From positions 44,518,001-44,582,000 of the forward strand of contig NC_087437.1 of assembly GCF_036321535.1 (NCBI RefSeq): DNA of 64,000 nucleotides, in the 5' to 3' direction. Position numbers and translations under genes: made by a program. The notes under the pieces are model-generated. The model did no database searches. It saw only the letters and a program-made list of their open reading frames with translations, and was not told the origin of the DNA. This document shows positions 51,501 to 64,000 of the stretch, piece by piece (position 1 is the first letter of the stretch; every line of letters begins with the position of its first letter). The stretch is from Camelus dromedarius (lineage: Eukaryota).

Positions 51501-53439
51501 TCTGTGCATGGCCATAGGGAAGGAAGCGCTTTTCAAGTTGACTTTATTTCTCAGATAGGATTCTGTCTCTCGAGATACTGCTATCTAGATAGACATACAG
51601 AAGGTAAAGATATAGGGGAGTGTATGTACTTATATAGATATCTGCTGTCTCTCAAGTTTCAAAAGTGTCAAATGTTAATTTTCCACGTTAACCAAACACA
51701 CATACACATATATATACTTTAATATGAAATCATTTTCTTTTTTATTATTTTTATATAATTCTTATTTTTACCCAGAAAATCTAACTCCTTTTTTTCATGA
51801 AATTAATAGCATTTCTGCTGTTCTTTTAAGATATCTGTTATAAGAGCATTAGAGAATCAAATAACATAAATTAGAGGATCTATAACAAGCCTCTAAGTAA
51901 CTAGAATATTGCATTAATTTTAACTCCACATATTTTCTTGAGTTGTGTAATCTTTCAGATATATTCAGAAAATAAAAGTCTAGGCATGGAAAAAAAATCA
52001 TATTGAAACATCCTGTCTATTAGAAATCCGCTCCTTAGTTAAGAGGCTGCTTTGAAGACTGACCTTTGACTTGAGTCCTTTGGGCATTGACACAATTGCA
52101 TTTTCATCATCGCTTCCTTGTGATTTGAAGCAGTTACAATTTGTGTTTTTTGCTAGCTTTGTTTCTAGGGGAAAGCGGCTTTTTGTTAGCCCAGCAGTGA
52201 GAAGGCTTTCCCCTGACCACTCTATATAGCTAGGTTTACTGTTTCAAAGGGCGGGGGGAGAAATCAGTGGACTCCCTCTCTCCATCTTTCATATTCGTTT
52301 TTTCTTAAAAAATATGAAAGACCTAATGTATCTGTTTTTGTGTGTTAAGATCAGGGAATATAAATCTTTATCCCCATACATAAAACAAAACGGAAAGAGT
52401 GGTTCCATTTTAAGACTATTGATGGTGAAGATTGAAAATCAGAGTAAGAGAATGTGATGGTGGGGAAGGGAAGAGGACGCTAAAGGGAAGATGGCAAGAG
52501 ACATGAAGCAGAGTCTAGGCTCCAGAAAGCTGGTGGCAAGTAGCACCATGATGTAATTTTGGGGCGTTGCTGATTTGGGAATGATAACCAACAGTTATCC
52601 CCTGTCCTTTAAATCCTTGTTTAGATTATTCAAACTTTTTAGTACCTACCCCGCTGAGTCACATAACACATAGCCCATAGTGAAGGAAATTATTTTTGGA
52701 GTGCAACAGCTTAGACCTATGTTTGTTGTCCCCAAAGCATGCCTTCCCCTATCAGTTCCTTCTTACCTAAAATAATGTAGTCCTAATCTCCATTTGCAAA
52801 AGCAAAGGAAATCTTTTGAGCCAAGTATAAAACGGTAAATGAATGTAGTGTCCTACATTTGGGGCAAATTATACATTTATATTGGTATTGTTATAATTAA
52901 GCTGTTTATGACAATAAAATGACTGTAATGAAGCAGCCAGAGGACATGTCAAAGTTAACTTGGCATAAGGAGACATATCTTAGAGGGAAGAAAAATTAAA
53001 CTGATGATTTTCAACAATTATTTTTGACTTATATTCTCAATGACTCCATCTGGTAATGTGGAGAAAATAAATTTCTGCTGGAAAATCTGATATTTTCAGC
53101 ATACTGAAATCATCTTTCTCTTAAACTGCCACAGGAGAGTTATGCTGTATATAGCACTGCCTTCCATATGATTTACTCCATTCGCTACTCAGAAATTTAT
53201 TCTAGGACAATTAGATGGATGATATATTTGATGGGATATCATTAGCACTGTATTTAAGAAGAAAAGGAAAACAAGTGCGTCTGAAAATTACGTAGAGAAA
53301 GTTTGCAGGAATTGCTCTAGATTTTAGTCTAGAACACAAAAGAAAAAGTTGTATTTGTGGGCTACATGAGTTACTATGCAAATTTATTTTATATATTAAT
53401 ATAAAATTGCTGTTGACACGGCATTCCTACACATAACAT

Positions 53440-53575
53440 GATTTTACTGTGAAAATATCATCCCCATTTTACAGAGTAGGGAACTGATCCTGATTCACAG
53501 AGTAGATTGCCTTAGGCCACCCCACTAGTAATCCGCAGAGGCAGAATAGAAGTCTTGTGGTTCCTAATCCTATTC
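53440..53575 (-). mobile_element. MIR remnant
   Basis: atcatccccattttacagagtagggaactga...gccttaggccaccccactagtaa. Confidence 0.65.
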
Positions 53576-56159
53576 TGTTTTCAGGAAGATCAAATCTCCC
53601 ATGACCTAAGTCATCCAAGACCCCTGATAAATTTATGTAAAATTAGATTTCCTGAATTCTCCTTATCCCATCCAGTCAAAACAACATGTTGTGTGGTCAT
53701 CTGTCTTCATCCAGAAATCAAAATACAAGGTCTGCAAGTGGGTGTACTTCTGAGTGGCATGAGATAGAGCATTTCAAATTGGATAGTCCAAAAAAACCTG
53801 AGATATAAAAGATAAAGATAAATTTAACATCAGGGATAAGGCTCTTATGCATTTTAAATGAAATTTGGTATGATTTTTGAAAATGTCTGATAAACTTGAA
53901 ATCTCCTGTCATGAAAATGGTAATGCTTTACAAACTTGAATCTCTAATGGGTTTTGTTTTAGTCCTTTTTAAGGTTGGGAGTGGGTACATATCTTCTTGG
54001 CTAGAACCAAGAGCCTTGAACTGGTACACTGGAAATACTTTACCTGACAGGTGTGCTAAATCAAAGTTCTGAGTTTCACATGTTTCTGAGGATCAAAGGG
54101 AAGAACTCGCAGTGCATTGTTAGGGGATCATGTCTCCTTCCTTCAGAACTCTTCATCTGATTTGGGCTAAAATTTAATAAATAACTAACCGATCTTTTTG
54201 CCTTCATAAAATTCTATTGAGATAACAAAATCCTATCTCCTGGTCTCTGAAGGATGGTGTTCTACGAATGTAGTTTCCCTTAACCTCCAAAAAATAATTG
54301 GGTTAATCCAGTTATCGTAAGTGTGAAATTGGGGAGCTGCCTTCTAAGACTGAATTTAATATTGTCACATGTCATCTGAGAGCTGCTTGTCTGATCATGT
54401 TACCACTGCACAAAATAAGCCTGACTACAAAGGATAAAAGAATGATTATTCCAATACTCAAACATAGTTCATTGTCAACCCTGAACAAAATGGGGGAGAA
54501 AAATGTTTTTATCTTAAGTGATTCTACGCATTTCTCCAGGAAGTGATTTATCTAGTTACTCTGTTAGTAGGAGAGCAAAGATAAGGGGAGAAATCTTGCA
54601 TTCTTCTTACCTATGATTTTAAATATGAAATTTTAGTAAAATGGGTTATTTGGATTTTTTTTTCTTTTGAAAGCACCCGATATAAGGAAATGAAATTTTG
54701 GAACCTTGTTTTATAAAACGTATTTGTGAACCATAAAACTCTACATAAAATAAAAATTTTTATTAACTACTACTATGTCTAATCTTACACTCTAAAGGTT
54801 AAAAAAACAAGGACTAGAGTTTACAATTATTGCCAATAAATAAAGATCATTTTTATACAATCTTCTCTATCTATTCACATGTTAAGAGAAAGATGACCAG
54901 TGGCATTCAGAATCACATGCTGCTTTTAGAGCTGCTGTGTTACTGTCTGCATGTGTGGCTTTGAGAGGTCTTCTTGGCCTCTCCAGCTTTCCTCCTTAAG
55001 TAGAATGAAGGTACTGGACTTAACGATAACTAAACATGCTTCTGATTCCAACATTCTGTAGTCCTGTGACATTTCTACCCTGTTACAAAAGAAGTATGCT
55101 TAAAAGTATGAATGCTGTCATAACTTTTTTTTCCTTGCATTATTTCAATAAAAGTGCAGTGAAAGCAAACTGACAAGTTCAGGCAGCTTTCAGAACAGAA
55201 GGAGAAAGGCTGACAGCTTTTGAGAACCTCTTTGCTTTCAACTGAAAGCAAATAGAGAACCCTTGCTCTCTGTCCCTGAATGTTGTAATATTATTACATC
55301 TAGAGTCATTGAAATGTCTGACAAGATTGTCGATTAAAAATGAGAATCACTGGGCCATATTTGCTGTTTTAAGGTGAAGGATAGCTTGAAAAGTATGACA
55401 TGAAGTATCCTAAAGGGCTGATTTAGCTCAAACAATATTAACAAAATTTCAAATAATTACAGGTATAGTCATTTTATAATAGTTTGCTTCTTAAGTTTTT
55501 CTGTATTTAGCTTTACCTTAAAAATCCCCCTTCACTTGTAAAGCTTTGCAAAATGCTGAATTTAGAATTCTGAAGGGACTATCAATTAATATTATGAACA
55601 ATGTTATTTAGAAACCATTCTGTGGGCTACACAAGTCCTTTGAAAATGATTTTATAACCACTAAAATGGCTATCATTCATCTTTCAAAATCTGTAATACC
55701 TGAAAGTTCTATGTGACCTTTTAAAAAAACTACACTCACAAAAATGTTCCTTCTAGTTTCCTAATAATTTTTAGAAGAAATATTACCATGGAAGGTAAAA
55801 GAATTTTACTTCCTTAGGCCAAATTCCTGTCACAACATGAAATAGGCAAATGCAATTAGTCTAAAAAAACTCAGCCATGATATTTTAGAGTTTAAAGAAA
55901 TGACCCTTAGGAATGAGTTCACATAATTTGTTACCCACTCCTTTATAGGCAGACCTCAGTTGACACGGCTGGCCCTGTTAGCCTATAGCCTCTGTGGGAC
56001 AGCCGCACTACAGGAGTCACCATGTTGTTAGCAGGCCTATTCTGTTGTTGCAAAGCTCTGTTACTCATTTTTTCCTTATATTGACCAAATACCTCTCTAT
56101 CTATAACCCACTCACACTATGCCTTCTAAAGTCAAAATAAGTTTATCTGTGCACTGTTC

Positions 56160-56292
56160 GTATTTACCTAGTCTCGGGGGCTCTGTGTTTTTCTGCAAAT
56201 GGCAGAAACCCATCAACAGTGGACTTACCCAAATGTGGGATTGTTTTTCTCATAAAAATGAGAAATCTGTTAGAAAACTTTGGTTTTTTTGA

Positions 56293-56323
<31 letters not shown>

Positions 56324-56732
56324 CCATTTTGGTTAGATCTCTTTCCCTCAAGATTTTTGCCTGCCTTGGTTTTGGTGTCCTTTGGGAAGGCAGAAAACTT
56401 GGTCTTAATTCAGTGTCTCAAAGATATTAGACCCACAGTCTCTGCCTTTTCTTCGTGGTTGTTAGTGGAGGCTGAGGCTACAGCCTTAACTTCAGGACTC
56501 CATTTGGACAGAGGAGGAGGAAATTCTCATATCCTCAAAGTCTGCCTGATCTTTCAAGAGTCTTTCTTTTAAGTCCTAGCCAACAGTTACTGCTTATATC
56601 GCATTGGCCTTACCTAAAATGTTTAAGAAAAGCATTTTTATATGTGGATATATTGTCATACCCAATGAAATTGAGATTCTGTTAATAGGGAAATAGGAGA
56701 AAATCAGTATAGCATCAAATAGTTTCTACCAC
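56160..56732 (-). mobile_element. Old MaLR LTR (MLT1J/K-like)
   Basis: tgcaaatggcagaaaccc ... atattgtcatacccaatgaaattgagattctgttaatagggaaataggagaaaat...ctaccac. Confidence 0.6.
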
Positions 56733-58447
56733 GTTAAACTTTAAATATTTCAGAACAGCTACAAGATCCCAAGTTCTCTCTTTCTCAAGCAAGAAGCAAT
56801 TCTAGCCACTCTGAACATTCATCTTGAGATCTCTCATTAAGAGTATTATCGTCTTCCCAGAATGTGGAGTGCCCTCTTAAAGTATAGCACACACAACTGG
56901 ACATATTTATGATATTACTAATTCTTGTCCTCTAGTTATTGCTTTTCTATTCAGGCAGCCTCACATTTAGAAATCTTTTTGGTAACTGGCTCAAATTGAA
57001 CATGCCACCAGCCAAAGTCATCTGGAATTTTGTACATGGAATAAACCAAAGTTAAGATTACCCTGTCCCATATTTATATTTTAACCAACTCTTTTGAGGT
57101 ATACTTTACATATGATAAAATGCACCCATTTTAAATGTAAAATTGATTGAGCTTTGGCAAATGTAGACAGTGGTGTAACTATCACTACAAACAGGGTATA
57201 AAATATCTCCATCACCCCCAAAAGTTCTCCCATGCTCTTTTCCTGTCAATCCCACCACCACCTGTCCCAGGAAACCACTGGTCAGAGTAGCATTACTGTA
57301 GATTTATTTTGTCTACTCTAGAACTTCATGTAAGTGGGATCATATGTATTCTTTCATGCCTGGCATCTTTTGCACAACATATTTTTAAAATTCATTTGTG
57401 CTGATGTATATATCATTAATCCATATCTGATTGCTCAGTATATTCCATTATATACATATTCCACAGTTGACTTATCCATTCTCTTAATGATTGGCATTTT
57501 GATTATTTCTGGTTTGGAGCTATTTTGAATCAACTTGAGGTGAATGTTCATGTGCAAATCTTTTTGTAAACACAAGTATTCATTTTTTTTTTAGCAAACA
57601 GTTAGGAGTGGAATTGCTGGGTCATGCAGTAAGTGTATATTTAATCTTATAAGAAAATGCCAATTTGCTTTTCACAGTGGTTCTACCATATTACACTCCC
57701 ACCAGTAGTGTTTGAGATTTCCCTTTCCCCACAGTATGGAAACACCTGTATTGTTAGTCTGTATTTATTTGTTTTAACATTCTAGTGTTTGCTTACTCAT
57801 AGTTGTAATTTGTATTTCCCTGATAATCAGTGATTTTCAGCATCTTATATGCTTGTTGGTCCAATAAGTATAAAGCAAGATTTGTATTTTTTTGGCTTGT
57901 GGCTATCAAATTGGCCAACAGGATTTGGTGGAAATATTTTGCTTTTGTGGTTTATTCACCTTGGTACCATTGTTGAAAATTAATTAATCATATGAGGTTC
58001 AGACTATTAACTGGACTCTATTTTGTTTTAGTCATCTATTTGTCTGTTCTTATAGCAATATAACTCTATTGATTATACTGGCTTTGTAGTAAGACTTGGA
58101 ATGAGGAAATATTAGCGCTACAGATTTCTTTTACCTTTTAAAATTATGCTGGCTTTTTAATGCTTTTTGGTTTTCAGTGTAAATTTTAGAATAAATTTGC
58201 CAGTTTCTGCAACATAGTCCATTAGGGTTTTGATTGGGATTGTGTTGGATGTACAGAGCTATTTGGGGAGAATTGAAATCTTAACAATGTTGTGTCTGCC
58301 AACCCATCAACCTGATCAATTTCTTCATTGATTTACATCTTTATAGTTATTTTGATCAGTGTAAATTTAAAGCTCTGACATTTGATGTATACGAATTTAG
58401 GGTTATGTTGTTGCTTTGCAACCTCCGTGGAAGCTTCCCGGGTATAA

Positions 58448-58832
58448 TGTGAAACTGGATCCCATATGCAAAGGGCCAGGAGAGACCAAAGAGAAACACA
58501 GACTGCTCCAGATTGGTAGGTGACAAGTGTAGTAAGCAGGGAACTTTCTTTGGAGGCTTGTCTTGGGCTGCCAAGGTGAGGAGATTTCCAAGCCTGCCTG
58601 CCAGAATCTTAATATAGAGACTTTAACTGAGTTCAGTCACATACGCAGTGCTGAGAGCCTCAACATCGCATTGCTCTTTCAAAGCTGTATCTTTGGAGCA
58701 GCTTTTAGGATCGGGGAAGGCAAATAGAACACACATTCCAAGCACAGGGGAAGAGTCCAGGAACATCCTACCGCGCCAGTCCAGCTCACGTGTCAACTGT
58801 CAGTCATATCTTCTTGATGACCTCCTCCAACA
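58448..58832 (-). mobile_element. ERV solo LTR inserted in the old L1
   Basis: GC-richer block tgtgaaactggatccc...ctccagattggtaggtg...gaggcttgtcttgggc...gatgacctcctccaaca with TG...CA ends. The left boundary is uncertain. Confidence 0.7.
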
Positions 58833-60074
58833 TACGTCCTCTTGATAACCTGCCCTCTTGATTCGTATCAAATGCCTTTTAAAAATCCTTGTTAATATTT
58901 TTTTTTTAGTCCTGAATCTTACTTTATCTGATATCAGTATAGCTATTCCAGCTCTTTCCATTCTTTTACCTTTAACCAATCTGTCTTTGTATTTAAAGTG
59001 TGTTTTAGGTAATATATAATGGATTCTTCTTCTTTATCCACTCTTATGTTTAATTTATATGTTGGTCCAATTTATATTCAACCCCCAAATTGGTATATTT
59101 GATTTATATTTACTATATTCCTATTTTCTATTTTCCCATTTGTTCTTTTTTCTTTTTCCTGTTATATATTATGTATTAAATTGAGTATAATTTTCAAGTG
59201 CCCACTTTACCTCCTCTATTAAATTATTAGCTTTACATTTTTTTTCTGACCTCCACCCAGTTGTTTGCTGGTTTACAATATACATTTTTAACTTATTTCA
59301 GTCTATATGCAAGTAGAATTATTTTATTTCATATAGAATGTAAGAACTTTAGAAAAACATACTTTCATTTTCCCCTCCTATCCTTTGTGCTGTTCTAGAA
59401 TGCTTAATTCTGCAATTGTTATAGACCAGATAGTGCGTTATTCTTATTTCTTATAGCCAACTATCTTTCAAAGAAACTGAAAAAAGTATTTTGTATATAC
59501 CCACATATTTATCAGTTCTAGCTCTCTTCATTACTTTTTGTGGAATTGAGTTTCAATCTACTTTTTTGGTAGCCTAAAGAACGACCTTTAATATTTCTTG
59601 TAACATAACTCTAATGATGGCTAATTCTTCTTAATCCTTCAGAAAATCGCTTTATTTTACCTTCATTTTAAAGAATTTTTTTTTAACCATAGAGGGTCTT
59701 TTCTTGTCCCTTCAATTGTTTTCAGCACTTTACTGACATTATGTTACTGACTTATGACTCATATTTTTCTGAAAAGTCATTCTTATGTTTGTTTTCTTAT
59801 ATATGTAATGTATTTTTTTCCTCAGAGTTTTTAGGAGTTTTATTTACCATTGGTTTTAAGCAATTTGATTATGATATGCTTACATATAGTTATCTTGGTG
59901 TTTCTTAAGTTTTTTGGATTTGGGAACCATTATTTTTCATCAGATCTAGAAAATGTTCTGCCATTCTTTATTCAAATATCTTTCTCCTCTCCCAACCATC
60001 AAAACTCTGGGACTCCAATTTACATATGTTATATAACTCGATATTGTTCACAGGACACTGAAGCGTTGTTCTTT

Positions 60075-60200
60075 TTTATATGTAAATCTCCAGGTCCATC
60101 CATGTTGCTGCAAATGGCATTATTTTATTCTTTTTATGACTGAGTAGTATTCCATTGTATAAATATACCACAGCTTCTTTATCCAGTCATCTGTCTATGG
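60075..60200 (-). mobile_element. 126-nt young L1 ORF2-end fragment with 18-bp TSD
   Basis: Antisense match to 32896-33005. TSD actgaagc(g/t)ttgttcttt at 60057-60074 and 60201-60218. Confidence 0.88.
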
Positions 60201-60981
60201 ACTGAAGCTTTGTTCTTTCATTTCAACTTTCTTTTGCTATATTTCAGTTTCAGTTGTTTCTGTTACTGTGATTTTAAATTGACTGATCTCGTCCTCTCCA
60301 GTTTCTAATCTACTGTTAAGCTCTCCCAGTAAGTTTTCCATTTTGAATGTTGTGTTTTATGTTTTAGGAGGTTCATTTGATTAAAAAAATATATTTCTCT
60401 GCTCATTCTGTCCATCTTTCTCTTAAAATCCTTGAATTTATTCTTAATTTTTTCACTTTTTGTTAAGAAATCCGATTATCTTTGTCATTTTGTTTTTTGT
60501 GTCTGTTGTCTTATTTTTCTCCTAGTTACATGTTATATTTTCCTGCTTTTTCACATTTTGACTGTTTTTGATTGGATGCTGAACCTTCTGAGTGTTATGT
60601 GGCTGCATCTGTGGATTTTGTTGTATTTCTTTATGTTGTGCTTTACCCTGGCAGGCAGTTCATTTAATTGAGTTCTTTCCCTGTATGTTTCCTGATAATC
60701 AGCTTTTACCTGGCCTTGTTGAGTCTGACCCTGTGTATTCGCGGCTTGGTATGCATCCAGGATCTGTAGGAGACCTTTATGCTGACGTCTAGAGCTATTT
60801 CCTGTGCTGTGCTGTCCTGTAGAGGTCCTCCTTCACTGTACTCTGGCCTGCAAATACCGGCAGCATCAGCCTCCTCAGACTCTGGTATCTGGCTTTTTAT
60901 CTGAACACATCTACTGTGCTGTTGTGTCTTCTGGAAAATATTTCTGGGCAGAAAGCTTGAACAGTCATAATACTCATCTTG

Positions 60982-61012
<31 letters not shown>

Positions 61013-61361
61013 TTTCTTCAGAGTTCACAGTATTTCACTGCCCGAAAATACTAGTTGTCCAGTTTTCTAGTTATTTGTGATCGGGCTAATCTTGTACCTG
61101 TTACTTCATTATGGTAGGAAGTGGATATCTTTTGGGCACTTAAATGCAGGACTTCACATTTAATCCTAGTAATTTTCACCTTATAGGCTGAAATCCATTT
61201 TTTCAATAAGTCCACAGTATTGACTCCTGATTATGTTATTACTAACTCTCCAAGCTTTTTTATTGGTTACGTATTGTCAAGTGTCCAACTTTTTTCTGTC
61301 ACTTGAAAACAGGAAGGAGAACAGTGGCAAAGCTGAGTACAAAAGTAAATGCCATGACTCT

Positions 61362-61595
61362 TTGTGATTGAGAGTGTGAGTTTTGTGGGCAGATTACCTG
61401 GGTCCAGATTTTGGACCTACCACTTGATAGCTTATGGCCTTGGGCAAGTTACTTAATGTTTCTGTGCCACTCTTATCTGTGTAATGGGGATAATTATAAT
61501 ATCTAGCTCATACAGATGCTGTGAGGAATTAATGAGTTAATGTATATGCAAAGTGCTGAGAACAGAGTCTGCTATACATACTTAACTATTAATAA
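61362..61595 (+). mobile_element. MIR SINE
   Basis: ccttgggcaagttacttaatgtttctgtgcc...tctgtgtaatggggataat...gtgaggaattaatgagttaatgtatatgcaaagtgctgagaacag. Confidence 0.85.
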
Positions 61596-64000
61596 TTCTG
61601 ACCCAAACTGCAAACTATTCATATTTTGATCTATCATCTACCCATCTAATTTTGACTTTATTTTTCCGTGTATCTTACATGGCTTCTAGTAACAATTATC
61701 TGTAACCTAGGTCTTACGTCCCCATTTTTGTGATTTTTTTGCTCACTGATACGTCTGATTGGGTATGTCTTATCAGCAAGTCTGTTATCCAGAGGACTTT
61801 ATATTTCTCATCCAAATTATTCATTAATATATGGAATCAAAGAAGATCAAGAATTCAGCTTTGTAGACTGCCACAGTAAGTTAGCAGATGGGTTGTTGAA
61901 GGGTTGTATATATATTCACCTGGGAAGGTTTTTCAAAATACCTGTATCCATGTCCCTTCTTCCATCACCGTCCTCTTCATCTACCCAACAAGGTGGCCTC
62001 AGCACATGTATTTCGAAAAGCACATCCCTCTGTGTCTGATATGCATTTCCCCCTTTCTCCATAGTCTAAGATCTACCGCAGTAGAGGCCTTTCTCCTGCT
62101 TGACGTTGTTTAGCACAGGCATTCACTAAGATAGACATTTCCCTGATTGTGTTATCATTTAGGTCTCATTTTTCCGTTTTGTCTGCAAAGATATCACATG
62201 ACAAAAAAAAGTGTCAAATTTCTTGCTGAATCCCCTATATACAATATCTACAGTATTCTTTTAATCTACCAACTGATTAGTCTTATGAATTTTTTTGAAA
62301 AACATTTATATTCGTTCATAGTGAGTTTATCTTATATTTCAGAAATCAGGCTTTTCTTTCCAGATATTCAGAAAGTGTATATTTAATATAGTGGAGACTT
62401 TTATGTAAAGCTTCACCTGTTATATGAAACTGCTGAAGATGTATTATCTAGTGATACAGAGTCAATTTAACTGCATTGCTTTGCCTACCATGTTTTCCAT
62501 TTTAGAGAGTATAGCAACATTGCCTCAGGACACTGAATCTAATGAAATGTCAATATTATTAGGAAATTTTAAGCAATATTGTTTTTAAAATCTCCATCTT
62601 TTCTCTATATAATGTTATTTATGAGAAAAAAGATGTTGAATTAATAAAAGTTACCCTTTACTATATAAGGCACTAGTTACGAGAACATCTTTTTAACATT
62701 ATATAAAATGTTCTAAAAATCCAGTATATTTTATACTTTTTCTTATGTGTTCTTAGAGTAATTTTGTTGATGAAGTTATTTTCTAGTGTATTTATTTCCC
62801 ATGTATTTATTCTCATTAATTTAAAACATTTATTTGTCTATGCTTGTTTTTTATGCAATACAATTATTTTACCTTTATTTGACAATTCAAATTTTAGTGG
62901 GAAAGGAGAAAGCAGAAAAATACAAGATATATTTCTCCCATGTAAATAAGTTGACCAATAGATTTAATATTTTAAAATTTTTTCTAAAAATATTTTTATT
63001 TAATAATTTCTCAAGTATATGAATCTTTCTATTTAAATGTCAAGTCTATATTTATCATTGTCTTTTAAAATAAATATACCGATTTTAATAGTTTCATCAG
63101 TATGTTTTAAGTACTCTGTTTAATAGAAAATATATTTTAATTTCTTAGTATGTTTGCTTACTGAAGGTCTATAAGGGTAGTATTCTAGAGTTGTAAGTAG
63201 TAGAGACTGTTTCGGTTCTCTCAAATAAAAACTCACACAAATATAAATGGTCTGGTTTAAATGGTTAGAAATTATTTCCCTTTTTGTCATAGAATATAAC
63301 TGATTTATAAAACGTAGTGTGAATCAGGTTTGAAGAACAGCAGAGTGTAAATTCCTGTTTAACATATGTCTCATTTGTGGAGTGACAGATGACTGTAGAC
63401 TTGGGACAGTGAGAACAGCAGCAGGTACCACCAGCAACAGTCCAATTGTAGGAATTTTCATGGCACCCGTCAGTGTGATGCGATTGCTCTGTTTGGAAGG
63501 ATGAGCCTCAGTGCCCTAGTTTTCCTGTTAACCCGCTTACTACCATACTGCTCACTTGCCCTTCTCTTGGACTAACTGCTGTGTCTTGTCCTATCTTTGA
63601 TACGGAATCTTAAATGCTTTCAGTAGAAGCTCTTCATTTAGGATATCAGTATCACAGGAGGGGAGCGCCTTAGACAACTGAAGTACTGTTACATTTTTCC
63701 ACTTTCCAGGATAAAAGCATGCTGTTTGGGTAAGAGCTGAAAATGGTTCAAGGAAAGAGTCTCAGGTAAAAATAGATAAATAAATGAAGTCAAACGTGAA
63801 GAAATCTTTTCAAACGGTTCATGAAAGAATATGACATTATTTCATACACCTTTAAAAATTGAAGAGTTGTTTGAAGAGTAAACACTTGCCAGGTGGTCTA
63901 AGGCAAAAATTCTCTTGCTTGTGAAACAAACGTTTGTAGACAGGAATCTTTTTTTTTTTTAATACGATGTTTTGAGAACATAATGGGAATTCTTAAACCT

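Larger units (their letters stand above)
57078..61125 (-). mobile_element. Old L1MD/ME, both ends present but heavily deleted internally
   Basis: 3' terminus ttttgaggtatactttacatatgataaaatgcacccattttaaatgt at ~57090. 5'-terminus-like ggctaatcttgtacctgttacttcattatggtaggaagtgga at ~61085-61125. Confidence 0.75.
56780..62330 (-). mobile_element. CR1/L3 LINE ORF2 fossil, in pieces (about 56780-57070, 61130-61340, 61600-62330)
   Basis: Minus-strand translations: VDIVYRGFSKKFD (62251-62213; cf. VDVVYLDFSKAFD), GSLQS*ILDLL*FHILMNNLDE (61872-61807; cf. [22 protein letters not shown]), VKITRIKCEVLHL (~61180-61140; cf. MKFNKDKCKVLHL). Confidence 0.75.
16578..64000 (+). other. NAALADL2: NAALADL2 downstream intron (partial, >47 kb)
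   Basis: Starts GTAAGT. The next expected peptide (ESFRQSRSNLTSLLVQPIS, recalled from human) was not seen in the window. Confidence 0.8.

Noticed and set aside
1..64000. CRISPR array, operon, prophage or endogenous non-retroviral virus
   Set aside because: No regularly spaced repeats, no long ORFs and no viral protein motifs were seen. The composition and repeats are those of a mammalian intron.

Overview
AT-rich, CpG-poor mammalian genomic DNA, very probably a camelid (alpaca/llama/camel), judging by three tRNA-Ala-derived SINEs of the camelid vic-1 type and young artiodactyl-type L1 3' ends. The only real coding sequence is one internal 142-nt exon (16436-16577, + strand) of NAALADL2 (inactive N-acetylated-alpha-linked acidic dipeptidase-like 2, M28 family), equivalent to human exon 5 as I recall it. 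Everything else is the two very long flanking introns, filled with layered transposon fossils (L1, L2, CR1/L3, MIR, MaLR/ERVL solo LTRs, hAT and Tigger MITEs) and microsatellites. The ORF track is otherwise noise or L1 ORF2 debris. I find no prokaryote-type or clearly novel multi-gene system. The best leads are an apparent 3-codon in-frame deletion in the exon, a 126-nt L1 insert that stops before the 3' UTR yet has an 18-bp TSD, a SINE keeping a nearly perfect tRNA cloverleaf, several atypical L1 architectures, a deeply nested CR1>L1>LTR/L1 stack, and strong G4/triplex motifs. Repeat family names come from recalled consensus sequences, not from a search. Boundaries of old repeats are approximate.
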